This document shows, piece by piece, positions 62,957-64,000 of a DNA stretch of 64,000 nucleotides. Position 1 is the first letter of the stretch; each line of letters opens with the position of its first letter. The notes below the pieces were generated by a model. That model saw only the letters and a program-made list of their open reading frames with translations. It had not been told where the DNA came from and made no database searches. The DNA is from Pavona decussata (taxonomy: Eukaryota): contig CDRNST010000080.1 of assembly GCA_977016875.1 (NCBI GenBank), forward strand, positions 4,588,001 through 4,652,000. Direction: 5' to 3'. The position numbers and the translations under genes are program-made.

Positions 62957-64000
62957 TTAAAAGAGGGAGCATTTACATTAAATATGGGGCTTTGTTAAGT
63001 GACCACTCAACAGAAGGCTGCTTACAGTTTGAGCTCTCATTTGAGGGCTACATGTACCTAAAGGAAATTTCTTCTACATCAAATTAAGCAATGATCTGCA
63101 TAAGAAGGAAAGTGCTAATGGCAATGCACGATGCATGAAATGTCACCTTTTTTGTTACAAATAGTGATCTCACTGGCCAGGACTCAAAAACCCCTAAAAA
63201 GTTAAAATTTAAGGTGCATTGGGTCTGATGTTTTAAAGGTTTCAAGTAATTTAAGACCCAATTGCACAACATGAATTGAATTTGCAGAACTTCATCAAAG
63301 AAGCAAAATTATTGGCTATTGTCTTCTGCTATTCTGATTGGTTAACCACAAACATTTCCTAACATTTATTTGATGCAAATGGCTTTTCTTTATTTTTTTA
63401 CTCTTTCTTACATGGAATATCTTTGATTTCAAGAATAGGGGAGGAGCTGACGGTTCATAATTATTATGGACCATCAGCTCCTGAGCCCCTATTCTTGAAA
63501 TCAAAGATATTCTGTGTGGCAGAGAGCCAATGCCACAGAACAATGAAGTTTACAGTAGTTCTTATGTGGAGCATTACTTTAATGTTTGTGTTTTTCTGAT
63601 TTCATGTTTTTTATGAAATCATTTGATGTCGCAAAAATGTTCATGGTTTTTTATTCCCACTATAAAACTCACATGTAACAGGCTTATAGTATGCTACTTA
63701 TGCCTTCAATGAAATCAAACCTAAAAGTTGTTCACAATACTTAATTATGACGAAGTTGTCTGATGTAAATGTTGAAACGTTTTGCACACACAGTGCGAAG
63801 TAAAGGTAGTCAGTAAAGAAGAGTATGGATATTTTGTTGGAAATAAACCTATTCTTTGAAATAGATATAAGCATAAGACAATAAGCTTGTGACTTTTCCT
63901 TGTAAAAGTTGTTTCTTCTCAATGGCAATTATAACTGTAACTATAACAGAATCTGTAATTTGAAAAATGAGTTTTTGTCAAAGATATTTTTTTATACAAG

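Overview
This is an AT-rich eukaryotic window that looks like a stony coral or other cnidarian genome, inferred from a Nin-domain SINE, coral-type MITEs and the TE families present. It is almost entirely nested transposable-element debris, and I see no intact conventional host gene. Family names come from motif recognition only; no searches were run. Main contents: (1) an intronless, pseudogenised Frizzled-CRD membrane-protein gene (~941-1735, -); (2) an apparently endonuclease-less Penelope-like element with 55-bp terminal direct repeats (4582-7660); (3) a TTAA-flanked Kolobok-type DNA transposon (15613-19148) whose broken transposase starts with an MBD-like segment and which hides an intact, convergent 4-exon 128-aa gene absent from the ORF track; (4) a decayed HUH-endonuclease + SF3-helicase (Rep/NS1-like) gene (~28320-29496); (5) a near-intact tyrosine-recombinase retrotransposon (Ngaro/DIRS type, split direct repeats, 48568-55757) with an SGNH hydrolase ORF 5' of gag and two arrays of hairpin repeats, plus an older relative at ~20230-23620; (6) relics of hAT, piggyBac, Sola, EnSpm/BEN, Harbinger-Myb, DUF6589, SWIM-Ulp1, L1/Tx1 and L2-like elements, a hammerhead ribozyme, MITEs and minisatellites.
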